This document shows positions 1 to 7,954 of a stretch of DNA of 25,644 nucleotides, one piece after another. The position numbers and the translations under genes were made by a program. Under the pieces are notes generated by a model. The model was not told the DNA's origin and did no database searches. It saw only the letters and a list, made by a program, of their open reading frames with translations. The stretch's first letter is position 1, and each line of letters opens with the position of its first letter. Origin of the DNA: a virus. Its lineage: Duplodnaviria > Caudoviricetes. Location of the stretch: IMG/VR virus record IMGVR_UViG_3300025382_000042, positions 1 through 25,644 of that record. One strand, given 5' to 3'.

Positions 1-85
1 TTGACGCGAATCGGTGATCCATCGCACGCGCGCGTGCGCGTTCACTATATATATGCACGCTGCGGCGTCGGTCAGGTCGGACAAC

Positions 86-257
86 GATATCGGACGCAAT
101 GCGCAATGATATCGAACGCAATGCGCAACGTAGTGGCACGCAATCGGGAACGATATTGTTTGCTAATTGGCAATGAAACTAGACGCGGTTTGAAACGAAA
201 CTAAACGCAATTTGCAATGAAACTACACGTCGTTTGCAATGAAATTATGCCCACAAT
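86..257. repeat. 22-bp-period tandem repeats (iteron-like): 2 copies at 86-129 and 4 copies at 170-257
   Basis: GATATCGGACGCAATGCGCAAT / GATATCGAACGCAATGCGCAAC at 86 and 108. GCAATGAAACTA-type units start at 170, 192, 214 and 236. Confidence 0.85.
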
Positions 258-283
258 GGCAACGGAATAATGTCCTATAATTC

Positions 284-540
284 TTTGTAACTGAATGTAG
301 CTGCAAACAGATACAGTTGGATGCATATGCTACGTAGCTACTGTAGCTACAAATGGGGCTTTGTAGCTACAGTAGCTACTGTAGGCGACAATAGCTACTG
401 TAGCTACGGTAACCTACTGTAGCTACAGTAGCTACAGTAGCTACAGTAGCTACTGTAAGTTACAAATAGTGGTTTGTAGCTACAGTAGCTACAAATGGGG
501 TTTTGTAGCTACAAATGGGGGATTTGTAACTGAATGTAGC
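284..540. repeat. Array of the palindromic octamer GTAGCTAC, bounded by an 18-bp direct repeat
   Basis: 12 exact GTAGCTAC copies (334, 343, 363, 372, 400, 419, 428, 437, 446, 476, 485, 505) plus degenerate ones. TTTGTAACTGAATGTAGC occurs at 284-301 and 523-540. Confidence 0.95.
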
Positions 541-623
541 AAAAATACCGTGTTTGTAGATCGGGGACCACCATACCCCCCCCAACCGCAAACCCAAATT
601 TTCAAGCCCTGCGCATTTTGCGC

Positions 624-782
624 TTAGAACACCCCCGCCACGAAGATCAACCAGCACCCCGTGGCAAAAATCCACGCCCCTGGGACCAGCATCCCATCGC
701 TCAGCGTTGACATGCTCCCCAGGATGCACCCGATACCCCCGGCGGCAAGGGTCAATTCCAGCGCCCAGCGAGGAAAGACCAT
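624..782 (-). CDS. Small putative membrane protein (about 52 aa, two hydrophobic segments)
   Basis: C-terminal part of ORF 624..884 (MVFPRWALELTLAAGGIGCILGSM...GAWIFATGCWLIFVAGVF). It lies downstream of and slightly overlaps the 752..1117 gene. The start is uncertain. Confidence 0.4.
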   Translation of the reverse strand: MVFPRWALELTLAAGGIGCILGSMSTLSDGMLVPGAWIFATGCWLIFVAGVF

Positions 783-1117
783 TTCCTGTGGTAGTGACGT
801 GCGCTGTTTTGATCCACGCCCACGATCTCGCCTACTTGTCTCCATGTCATATTCTCCCGTCTCAGTTGGTTGATTTTCTGCCACTTGGTGACTTGCTCTG
901 CCGTTGGCACACGGACCGGCGGGCCACTAGACTTGCTGGTGTAAGTTGTCCTGGCGGGCACCATGCCTAGGGCCGCGAGGACGCGGCCTGTGGTGCTGAC
1001 TGTCGGGACATCCAGGCGCAGTTCTTCTGCGATCTGGGGGTAGGTGAGGCGAGGTGTTGCGCCAAGCAGCGCAACGAGCCTCTTTGCTGTTTCCTTCTTC
1101 ACAGCTTGCTCGCGCAC
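752..1117 (-). CDS. Helix-turn-helix DNA-binding protein (two HTH-like motifs)
   Basis: LTYPQIAEELRLDVPTVS and MTWRQVGEIVGVDQNSARHY. Overlaps the end of the upstream gene. Confidence 0.75.
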   Translation of the reverse strand: MREQAVKKETAKRLVALLGATPRLTYPQIAEELRLDVPTVSTTGRVLAALGMVPARTTYTSKSSGPPVRVPTAEQVTKWQKINQLRRENMTWRQVGEIVGVDQNSARHYHRKWSFLAGRWN

Positions 1118-1524
1118 TCGGGGCCGATCCCCCGGTCTATGCTGTCTGGCGTGGTCAGGGGCCTGCCACAGCGGGCGCAGCGTCCTTCGTGGCGGACCTC
1201 TAAGCCTACCTCGTGCGGGTCATGCCCACCCAGGATGACTTTGTCGGCAAGCCACTTGAAGGCGAGGGCTGGCTTGCTTTCCGGCCGGTAGCGTGACTTT
1301 GCCGTCACGCGGAACCCGGTGTCGCTCAGGATGCCCAGGTAGGTAAAGTCTGACGTGTTGTCAGCCCCGGCCAGCAGCGACACGAAGAACAGGTTCTCTG
1401 TGTCTTTGGTCGCCTTCACCTTGTAGGTGTAGCGGGCGTTGGTCTTTTTAGACGAGATCGTCAGCGTGGCGTTGCCGGCCGTGACAAACTCTGAGACCTT
1501 GTGGGCATCGCATATCATGCACAT
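1099..1524 (-). CDS. DUF6011-like Zn-finger phage protein
   Basis: C-terminal CARCGRPLTTPDSIDRGIGPEC motif. SD GGAGA upstream of the ATG. Confidence 0.85.
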   Translation of the reverse strand: MCMICDAHKVSEFVTAGNATLTISSKKTNARYTYKVKATKDTENLFFVSLLAGADNTSDFTYLGILSDTGFRVTAKSRYRPESKPALAFKWLADKVILGGHDPHEVGLEVRHEGRCARCGRPLTTPDSIDRGIGPECASKL

Positions 1525-1550
1525 TGGCTTTCTCCGTGTTGATGAAGCAA

Positions 1551-1579
1551 ACCTTAATCACGCCAACAAATGTGGTCAA
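1551..1579 (-). promoter_or_regulatory. Sigma70-like leftward promoter
   Basis: Minus strand TTGACC-17 nt-TAAGGT, about 25 nt upstream of the 1524 start. Confidence 0.5.
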
Positions 1580-1910
1580 GAGCGTTTTGCGCATTTTGCG
1601 CTTAAACTTGTGCAAGCCAGGACGTAAGTTGCCGAGGTTTATGCCGCAAGTTCCCCCAGGGGGTATCGTAAAAAAAGTAAGTAAAAACAATATATTATAT
1701 ATATATTATTATCCTATAATACCTCTTTCGTCTTTCGTCCTGCCACCCCCCCCCTTTTTTTCATCTCATTTTTGAGATACGTTCTAAGGGTAAAGATAAA
1801 GACCCTCTTGGCGAAAGCCATAAGTCCAAAAAACCCAGGACGCTCTAGGGCTAACTTCGGCAAGCGCTGTGCCACAAGTGATAGCGCTATGCCACAAGAT
1901 GATAGCGCGC

Positions 1911-1948
1911 AAAAAAAACCCTCTCCGCGCATATGCAGCAGGAGAGGG
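1911..1948 (-). terminator. Rho-independent terminator of the leftward operon
   Basis: Minus strand CCCTCTCC...GGAGAGGG stem followed by T8, just after the 1998..2345 gene. Confidence 0.8.
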
Positions 1949-1997
1949 CTAGAGTTGAGACACGGAGGAACATGCGCAACGCGCATGTCCTTTATGG

Positions 1998-2345
1998 CTA
2001 GTTGGTTCTGGCGTCGTCAACACCTTCCCACACCGCCTTGATTTGGACGGGGTGTCCATCATCGGCGTTCGGTTCGATGTTGTGGAGTTGGCACCATTCG
2101 GACCATGCAAGTGCTGTGGTGTGATACATGGCATCCAGCAGGGCGGGACCGCCTAGTTCGTGCAACATATTCTTGATATTATGGAGTGCGATGCTTCCAT
2201 CTGTTGTTGTTGCCTTGTTGGCTAGGACGAGTTTCATCATAACCGCCACCACCCGTCTGAGGGCGACATCTTCTCTGGCGTCGCCCGACAGGTCGAGGAT
2301 GGGGACGCCATCGATGTAAGCGCCTCTGGCGGTGGGGTTACTCAT
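1998..2345 (-). CDS. Hypothetical phage protein (115 aa)
   Basis: Overlaps the preceding gene's stop, has a purine-rich SD region, and is followed by a terminator. Confidence 0.7.
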   Translation of the reverse strand: MSNPTARGAYIDGVPILDLSGDAREDVALRRVVAVMMKLVLANKATTTDGSIALHNIKNMLHELGGPALLDAMYHTTALAWSEWCQLHNIEPNADDGHPVQIKAVWEGVDDARTN

Positions 2346-2568
2346 CTTTTTTTCCTTTCGGTCTTTGGATGCGGATTTGCGGTGGCGGGTTTTGCCGCAT
2401 GATGTCCACCATGCGTTCTAGCCACTCGACCACGCCTTTTGGCGGGCCGATGGTCAGCCACGATTGGCAGGTGCGTGAGCCGCACTTTAGCCAAGGTGCG
2501 ATGGACCGCGCCGACCAGTGAAGGGTGTCGAGGGCTTGCGCGTATCGATCTGCGAGGTCTCGGTTCAT
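2338..2568 (-). CDS. Small HTH (Cro/XRE-like) protein (76 aa)
   Basis: ALDTLHWSARSIAPWLKCGSRTCQSW resembles an XRE-type HTH. ATGA overlap with the upstream gene. Confidence 0.7.
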   Translation of the reverse strand: MNRDLADRYAQALDTLHWSARSIAPWLKCGSRTCQSWLTIGPPKGVVEWLERMVDIMRQNPPPQIRIQRPKGKKDE

Positions 2569-2996
2569 AGTGGTAGCGCCCCCTGGCGCAGACGGAATAG
2601 GTGGTAGCGTTTGCGGTCTGCTGATGGCACAAGGCGGATGTGGCCATCGGGGATTTTTGCTTCTTTGATGAGGGTTTGGGACAAGATGGTTCTGACGTGT
2701 TTGCTGTCGGTCATCTTGTTATTGCGGATGAGGGCCTTGCCGACCTCGTAGGTCGTGAACAGCATGTCTGGGTTGGCGTTGAAGATCGCCATGATGTCGG
2801 CAAACTTTGGCAAGACGACCTCAGAGACCGCCACGGCAGGCTTTGGTGTGGCAGGAACGACGTTGGCGGCAGGTTCAACGTGCAGATCGGCGTAAGGGTT
2901 TTTGAACGCCTCTACCACGTTGTTGTCTTCTACTAAGAGGAAGTCGCCGGGTTCAGCGACAATCCGGTTTACGCATGTGATGATATAACGGGTCAT
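2565..2996 (-). CDS. Hypothetical protein, possible C-terminal winged helix (143 aa)
   Basis: ATG at 2996 in a TAATG overlap with the upstream stop, SD AAGGA. C-terminal FTTYEVGKAL...YHLFRL pattern. Confidence 0.7.
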   Translation of the reverse strand: MTRYIITCVNRIVAEPGDFLLVEDNNVVEAFKNPYADLHVEPAANVVPATPKPAVAVSEVVLPKFADIMAIFNANPDMLFTTYEVGKALIRNNKMTDSKHVRTILSQTLIKEAKIPDGHIRLVPSADRKRYHLFRLRQGALPL

Positions 2997-3652
2997 TACA
3001 CATATTCCTTTTTTAGTTGTTTCAACCACCAATCTGGGTATTCGATGGGTGCCTCTCGCCGTGGCATGATGATGCCGACAACGTCTTGTCTTTGGTTGTG
3101 GAAGACGATGTAAAGACCGCCATCCTCATCCCCTGCGACCAAACGGATGCCACCATCTTTCCCCCCAAGGTGTTCAAATGCGCCAAGGTAAGCGGGGTTG
3201 AGCGCGAAGGTGTGACTGTTGAACACGCGGGGAAAGCGTTCTTTGGGGAACACCCGCATGTAATTGGGAAACGAGCCATCGATCAGCAGGTCAGAAAAAT
3301 TGGCCTGCACCAATCCTCGGTGGCTAAAAATATCGCCGTCTAGAATCACCGACACATCAGTGCCTTTGACAGCAATCCAGTTTTGCATCGTTTGGTGTTG
3401 GTGGATCTTAGCCTTGCACGCAGAGATTAACCGCTTGTCGGTTTTGATGGTGATAGACCCGTTCTCTAACGCAAAGCCATTGGGTGCGTTGGCAAGTAAC
3501 AAAATGTGGCCAGACGTGGCGCAGATGTTGACGCCGCCGCTAGAAGCCGGTTGGACATTGACACCTTGCAGATAAAAGCGGCTTGCGTCCTTGCTGACGA
3601 ACGGCAGGCAGTCCAGAAACAGACTTGCCGGAAAAGCGTAATCATACCCCAT
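2996..3652 (-). CDS. DNA polymerase III beta-clamp-like protein (218 aa, shorter than DnaN)
   Basis: SKDASRFYLQGVNV, ICATSGHILL and LIDGSFPNYMRVFP match clamp central-domain motifs. SD AGGAGAGG. Confidence 0.75.
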   Translation of the reverse strand: MGYDYAFPASLFLDCLPFVSKDASRFYLQGVNVQPASSGGVNICATSGHILLLANAPNGFALENGSITIKTDKRLISACKAKIHQHQTMQNWIAVKGTDVSVILDGDIFSHRGLVQANFSDLLIDGSFPNYMRVFPKERFPRVFNSHTFALNPAYLGAFEHLGGKDGGIRLVAGDEDGGLYIVFHNQRQDVVGIIMPRREAPIEYPDWWLKQLKKEYV

Positions 3653-3656
3653 TGTC

Positions 3657-3926
3657 TTATCCTCTCCTTTTGCGTGGCATGGCCCTAGCGAACAGGCACA
3701 ATTCCCTTGTGTCGGGATGACGGCCAGTTACCACGCTGATTGACGGTTTGTTTTTGTCTTGAATTGCGGTCATCGACAAAAACAGTTTGCGTTCGCTGAT
3801 GTCGTCCAGCGCACCGCAATATTTCCAGACAAACATTTGTTTGTCGTTTTCCACACGCCTTGCGGCGATTTTCCAGTCTTCCGCGATATCGTTGATGTCG
3901 CGGACTTCTTCTCGCGTGTTGATCAT
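3657..3926 (-). CDS. Hypothetical phage protein (89 aa)
   Basis: Strong SD AAGGAGG before the ATG at 3926. Abuts the next gene. Confidence 0.75.
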   Translation of the reverse strand: MINTREEVRDINDIAEDWKIAARRVENDKQMFVWKYCGALDDISERKLFLSMTAIQDKNKPSISVVTGRHPDTRELCLFARAMPRKRRG

Positions 3927-3948
3927 TATGTCCTCCTTTTTTTTGCTG

Positions 3949-4176
3949 CTATCCCAGATGCACAAAATGCGCAATGGGTGTTTTGGTTCGCACGCCCTCG
4001 GTGATGTTGACTGGCAAGCGGATGTCTTGGTTGCGCCACGTCCAACATTCGCCGGTCTCGCGGATGAAGGTCACCCAGCGCAGATCGTGGTCCTGGCTGT
4101 AGTCCACGACCAAATAGGCAAGCGCTGCCCCCTTGGGCGTGTCTAGGGGGATGGGTGGATCGAGGCGGTGTATCAT
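3949..4176 (-). CDS. Hypothetical phage protein (75 aa)
   Basis: ATGA overlap with the dUTPase stop. Protein-like sequence (LDPPIPLDTPKG...VDYSQDHDLRWV...TGECWTW). Confidence 0.8.
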   Translation of the reverse strand: MIHRLDPPIPLDTPKGAALAYLVVDYSQDHDLRWVTFIRETGECWTWRNQDIRLPVNITEGVRTKTPIAHFVHLG

Positions 4177-4604
4177 ATGCCTGTGCTTCCAAACCCGCCG
4201 TCACCGCGTTCTGTGCCCGGTAATTCGCTCACCGTTTGCCATTCGATGCGGACCACCGGGCATAGGACGGCTTGTGCGATCCTCATCCCCCGTTCGATGA
4301 TAAAGGGCTTGTCACCATGGTTGATGAGAAGGACCAAAATCTGACCACGGAAGTCAGAGTCGATGGTGCCAGGGGTGTTTAGCACCGTCACTTGGTTGCG
4401 CGCTGCAAGGCCAGAACGAGGGCGGATTTGCAATTCGTAACCGGCTGGGATGGCGACGGACAATCCTGTTGGGATTGCCTTGCTATCGCCGCTGTAGAGC
4501 GTGATGTCGCGTTCAATCGCAGCTTGTAGGTCTAGCCCCGCCGCTCCTGACGTAGCGTATTTCGGCAGCGGCAGGGCAGACGTGTTTACGACGGATATGA
4601 TCAT
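4173..4604 (-). CDS. dut: Trimeric dUTPase
   Basis: All five motifs are present: AGLDL, RPRSGLA, GTIDSDFRG, RIAQ, RGDGGFGSTG. SD AAGGAGG before ATG 4604 (alternative start 4640). Confidence 0.97.
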   Translation of the reverse strand: MIISVVNTSALPLPKYATSGAAGLDLQAAIERDITLYSGDSKAIPTGLSVAIPAGYELQIRPRSGLAARNQVTVLNTPGTIDSDFRGQILVLLINHGDKPFIIERGMRIAQAVLCPVVRIEWQTVSELPGTERGDGGFGSTGI

Positions 4605-4636
4605 ATTGTCCTCCTTGATTGATGTTAAGGTGATCG

Positions 4637-4951
4637 TCATTTTTTGGACACTTCAGCGGCGATGGCGAGATAGGCTGCGCCATCGACGTAATTATCTTCG
4701 TTGAATTTGGAACCGGCGGCGATCCTGGCGACTTTGGACAAAACCATGATCATAGCAGCGTCGTGCGCTGTTAAATGATTCCCGTGGAAGTCTAAATAAC
4801 CATTCACGAAACGCGCAAAGCACGCCATATTGCGCTCTGGCGGGCCATACACTTTGTCCCTGGTTTGCGTCGTCAATTCGATGGCACGTTCTAGCAAGAT
4901 TTGCCTTTGGGCTTTTGCCGGAATTACCCCGTCCATTCTTGTTTTAGTCAT
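4637..4951 (-). CDS. DUF6378-like protein (all-alpha NTP pyrophosphatase-like)
   Basis: RDKVYGPPERN, AMIMVLSKVAR and DNYVDGAAYLAIAAE. Confidence 0.8.
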   Translation of the reverse strand: MTKTRMDGVIPAKAQRQILLERAIELTTQTRDKVYGPPERNMACFARFVNGYLDFHGNHLTAHDAAMIMVLSKVARIAAGSKFNEDNYVDGAAYLAIAAEVSKK

Positions 4952-5162
4952 TTGGTTGTTCCTTCAGTTCGTAAATTGCCATTTCGTCTTTGGTCAATGG
5001 CCGGTCTGTGCGGATCACACCAAAGCGATGTGAAGATCGCGGTATGTCGGTGCGCACGCACAAACCTGACATTGTTGGCGCTTCAACGTATTCCCACCGC
5101 AAGCCGCGTGGCATCGTGGCATAACCGGCTGGCCGATACATTGGTATGTAGCAATTACCCAT
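4944..5162 (-). CDS. Small protein resembling the DarA C-terminal domain
   Basis: YRPAGYATMPRG...HRFGVIRTDRPLTKDEMAIYEL. SD GGGAGG. Overlaps both neighbours. Confidence 0.6.
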   Translation of the reverse strand: MGNCYIPMYRPAGYATMPRGLRWEYVEAPTMSGLCVRTDIPRSSHRFGVIRTDRPLTKDEMAIYELKEQPND

Positions 5163-5376
5163 TGGTCGCCTCCCTCAACTCGCGTGTCGCACGAACAACG
5201 GCGATGACAGACGCTGCCCATGCGTCAAAAGTGACATCACGCATCTTCCAGGCTGCGGCAAGGACCCCAACGGGAGCGGTTGTCACGAACGCTTTGGCCT
5301 TCGTGTAAGCCTCAAAGCACTCTTGCTGGGTTTTGCGCAATTCCGCCAATTCTGCGCGCATGGCGTTAATGTCCAT
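5155..5376 (-). CDS. Hypothetical helical protein (73 aa)
   Basis: SD GAGGA. Start directly abuts the upstream stop. Confidence 0.7.
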   Translation of the reverse strand: MDINAMRAELAELRKTQQECFEAYTKAKAFVTTAPVGVLAAAWKMRDVTFDAWAASVIAVVRATRELREATNG

Positions 5377-5562
5377 TTATTCCTCGACGTGTTGAACGGC
5401 AGACATCAGGGCTTGCAGCAGTTCGCAAGCCTCCTCTAGCGTCATTTTCAATTCCGCCGTTTCCTCCAACAATTCATCGTCAAACAGCAGAGAAATTGGC
5501 GCGTCATTGTTTAATTCAGACGCTTGAACGGTAAACTTTTCAGTCACTATAGTCATTAACAT
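5377..5562 (-). CDS. Small acidic hypothetical protein (61 aa), first gene of the leftward operon
   Basis: SD AAGGAGG before the ATG at 5562. Rich in Glu and Asp. Confidence 0.7.
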   Translation of the reverse strand: MLMTIVTEKFTVQASELNNDAPISLLFDDELLEETAELKMTLEEACELLQALMSAVQHVEE

Positions 5563-5589
5563 TGCCACCTCCTTGTCTTCAACGCAATC

Positions 5590-5618
5590 ACGCTATGCGC
5601 ATAATGCGATTGTGTAAA
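5590..5618 (-). promoter_or_regulatory. Sigma70-like leftward promoter with a palindromic site in the spacer
   Basis: Minus strand TTTACA-17 nt-TAGCGT. The spacer contains GCGCATAATGCG. Confidence 0.5.
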
Positions 5619-5733
5619 TGACCCCGACTGAATTTTATCTATGCACAAATATCATATCAGGTATGATGTGCATGGCATTTTGTAAATTTACAATTACCTT
5701 ATGTAATGCTGTGTCTTTGATTAGGAGAGGTTT

Positions 5734-5973
5734 ATGTTTTCTGTTGAAAAGAATGTTCCGGTTGTTGAAGCAAAGCGTGGTCGCGTAGCGGTTCGTCCCA
5801 GCCGTTATCCGGTGGCGCAAATGTTGCCGGGTGATAGTTTCTTCGTGAATAGCAAAGAGGACCGCTTTGCGGCCCTGCGCACGGCGAAGATGCTGTTCAG
5901 CAACCACGCCGAAAAGCCGGTTTTCATTTCTCGCGCTGTCGAGGGTGGATTTCGTATTTGGCGTTTGTCCTGA
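5734..5973 (+). CDS. Small phage protein, probable nucleic-acid binder (79 aa)
   Basis: SD AGGAGAGG. YP-x2-QMLPGDSFFV...FISRAVEGGFRIWR pattern typical of a widespread small phage family. Confidence 0.85.
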   Translation: MFSVEKNVPVVEAKRGRVAVRPSRYPVAQMLPGDSFFVNSKEDRFAALRTAKMLFSNHAEKPVFISRAVEGGFRIWRLS

Positions 5974-5994
5974 TATTTACTATCTTGTCGCATA

Positions 5995-6023
5995 AAGAGG
6001 GGGAGGGTCATCCTCCCTCTCTT
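5995..6023. terminator. Stable hairpin (terminator or attenuator) upstream of the small terminase gene
   Basis: AAGAGGGGGAGGG-TCA-TCCTCCCTCTCTT: 13-bp stem with two G-U pairs and a weak U-tract. Confidence 0.5.
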
Positions 6024-6046
6024 ACAAATGTCGATGGGAATTTCTC

Positions 6047-6511
6047 ATGTTTCAGATTGACCGTTTAGAAAGGCGTCCTGCCGACCTGCCTTTGATTGAA
6101 GACGATGGCGAAGCCCCGATGGTCGATGAGGGGAAGGGTAACCGATACATTTTCACGGATCGTGATCGACGGCAGGTCGAAACTATGGCGGGCCTGGGTC
6201 TCACCCATGAGCAAATCGCCGCCGTCATGCGCATTGGCATTTCTACGTTGGTGCGGAAATTCGCCAACGAATTGCAGGTGGGGACTGCAGAGGCAAACTT
6301 TGAAGTTGCCAAGAACCTCTACAGCATCGCTACCAGCCGGGAGCAGGGGTGTGTGCCTGCTGCGATTTTCTGGATGAAGGCGCGGGCTGGCTGGCGGCAG
6401 AACGATCCCCAGCAGGATCAGGCCCAGCAGAGCGTTACCATCAAGATCGAGGGCGGTCTTCCCGAATTGAGGGTCGAAAATGGACAAATTAGTTCAGATA
6501 ATAAGCCGTGA
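6047..6511 (+). CDS. terS: Terminase small subunit
   Basis: HTH (GLTHEQIAAVMRIGISTL), AAIFWMKARAGW motif, and position upstream of TerL. Confidence 0.85.
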   Translation: MFQIDRLERRPADLPLIEDDGEAPMVDEGKGNRYIFTDRDRRQVETMAGLGLTHEQIAAVMRIGISTLVRKFANELQVGTAEANFEVAKNLYSIATSREQGCVPAAIFWMKARAGWRQNDPQQDQAQQSVTIKIEGGLPELRVENGQISSDNKP

Positions 6512-6665
6512 AGACGCCCCCAGCTATGATGCTTTGAAAGATGTGATCAAAGAGGCAAGAGAACTCCTGTTCTTACACGACTCGGGCCAGCCAGGATTCG
6601 TCCTTTGGCTGGCCATGGACAGGGTAAAAACCGAGATTGAAAGAGCGGAAGACGTGCCCCTTTGA
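6480..6665 (+). CDS. Hypothetical protein between terS and terL (61 aa)
   Basis: Fills the gap, and its stop overlaps the terL start (TTGA). Confidence 0.55.
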   Translation: MDKLVQIISREDAPSYDALKDVIKEARELLFLHDSGQPGFVLWLAMDRVKTEIERAEDVPL

Positions 6666-7954
6666 ATGAAGTTGTTGTTAAATTCCCCACGCTACACCCT
6701 GGCCAGATTGCTGCGTATTTCCTCAAGGATGCACAAGGCAATCCGGCTAGGTTTAGGGCGATCCGTTGTGGCAGACGGTGGGGTAAGACGGCCTATGCGC
6801 AAACGCTGGCTGGAAATGCGGCTATAAAGGGTGAGCTGGTTGGGTATTTCACTCCTGCGTATAAATATCAATCAGAAGTCTACAACGAACTAATAGACGT
6901 TCTCAAACCAGTTATACTCTCGTCATCAAAAACAGATGGCGTTATTCGCACCAAGACGGGTGGTCGCATAGACTTTTGGTCGTTGGAGAACGAAAGCGCG
7001 GGCCGGTCAAGAAAATACCATCAGGCCATCATTGACGAGGCGGCGTTCACCAAGCCTAACATGATGGACATTTGGAACCGTTCTATCCAGCCGACCTTGC
7101 TGGATTACATGGGTTCCGCGACGGCTCTCAGTAACACGAATGGCGTGGACCAAGACAACTTCTTCTGGCGCATTTGTAATGAGCCAGAACACGGGTTCAC
7201 CGAGTTTCATGCGCCCACGAGCAGTAACCCTTACATGCCAAAGGCTGAACTGGAGCGGTTGCAGCGTGAGCGTCCGCCGTTGGTGTGGCAGCAGGAGTAT
7301 CTGGCCGAGTTTGTGGACTGGGCTGGCGTGCAGTTCTTTGCCCTGGCGAATTTGCTGGTCAACGATCACCCGGTCAAATACCCAGAACTATGCTCTGGCG
7401 TGTTTGCGGTGATCGACACCGCCACCAAGGTCGGCAAGGACCACGACGGCACGGCGGTGGTCTATTGTGCCCTGAGCCATTTCGAGGGGCATCACCCTTT
7501 GATCATTCTGGATTATGACATCAAACAGATCGAAGGTGCGGTGCTTGAGGAGTGGCTGCCGTCTGTCTTTGAGCATTGCGAGTATTTGGCCGGTGAGTGC
7601 CATGCGCAGATGGGGTCTTTGGGCGTCTGGATTGAAGACAAGAACAGCGGATCGATCTTGCTGCAGCAAGGCCAGCGCCGTGGCTGGAATACCAACAAGA
7701 TCGACAGCAAGCTAACGCAGCTTGGCAAGACCGAGCGCGCTATTTCGGTGTCTGGTTACGTTTATAGAAACCAAGTCAAGTTGTCTAAATTCGCATATGA
7801 AAAATCAGTCAAATATAAGGGCGCAGTAAGAAATCACTTATTGAATCAAGTATTGATGTTCACAATAGGCATAAAAGATCAGCATGAAGACGACCTTTTG
7901 GACGCTTTTACCTATGCTATAGCCATCGCCCTGGGCGACAGTGGAGGCTTTTAG
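6662..7954 (+). CDS. terL: Terminase large subunit
   Basis: Q motif LHPGQ, Walker A GRRWGKT, Walker B IIDEAA, QEYLAEF, and nuclease acidic motifs VIDTA and EDDLLDA. Confidence 0.95.
   Translation: MNEVVVKFPTLHPGQIAAYFLKDAQGNPARFRAIRCGRRWGKTAYAQTLAGNAAIKGELVGYFTPAYKYQSEVYNELIDVLKPVILSSSKTDGVIRTKTGGRIDFWSLENESAGRSRKYHQAIIDEAAFTKPNMMDIWNRSIQPTLLDYMGSATALSNTNGVDQDNFFWRICNEPEHGFTEFHAPTSSNPYMPKAELERLQRERPPLVWQQEYLAEFVDWAGVQFFALANLLVNDHPVKYPELCSGVFAVIDTATKVGKDHDGTAVVYCALSHFEGHHPLIILDYDIKQIEGAVLEEWLPSVFEHCEYLAGECHAQMGSLGVWIEDKNSGSILLQQGQRRGWNTNKIDSKLTQLGKTERAISVSGYVYRNQVKLSKFAYEKSVKYKGAVRNHLLNQVLMFTIGIKDQHEDDLLDAFTYAIAIALGDSGGF

Noticed and set aside
1-204. 67-aa ORF at the window start, and 460..729
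   Set aside because: Both run through non-coding repeats and have no credible translation signals.
284-540. CRISPR array
   Set aside because: The units are 8-9 bp, there are no unique 25-45 bp spacers, and there are no cas genes in the window.
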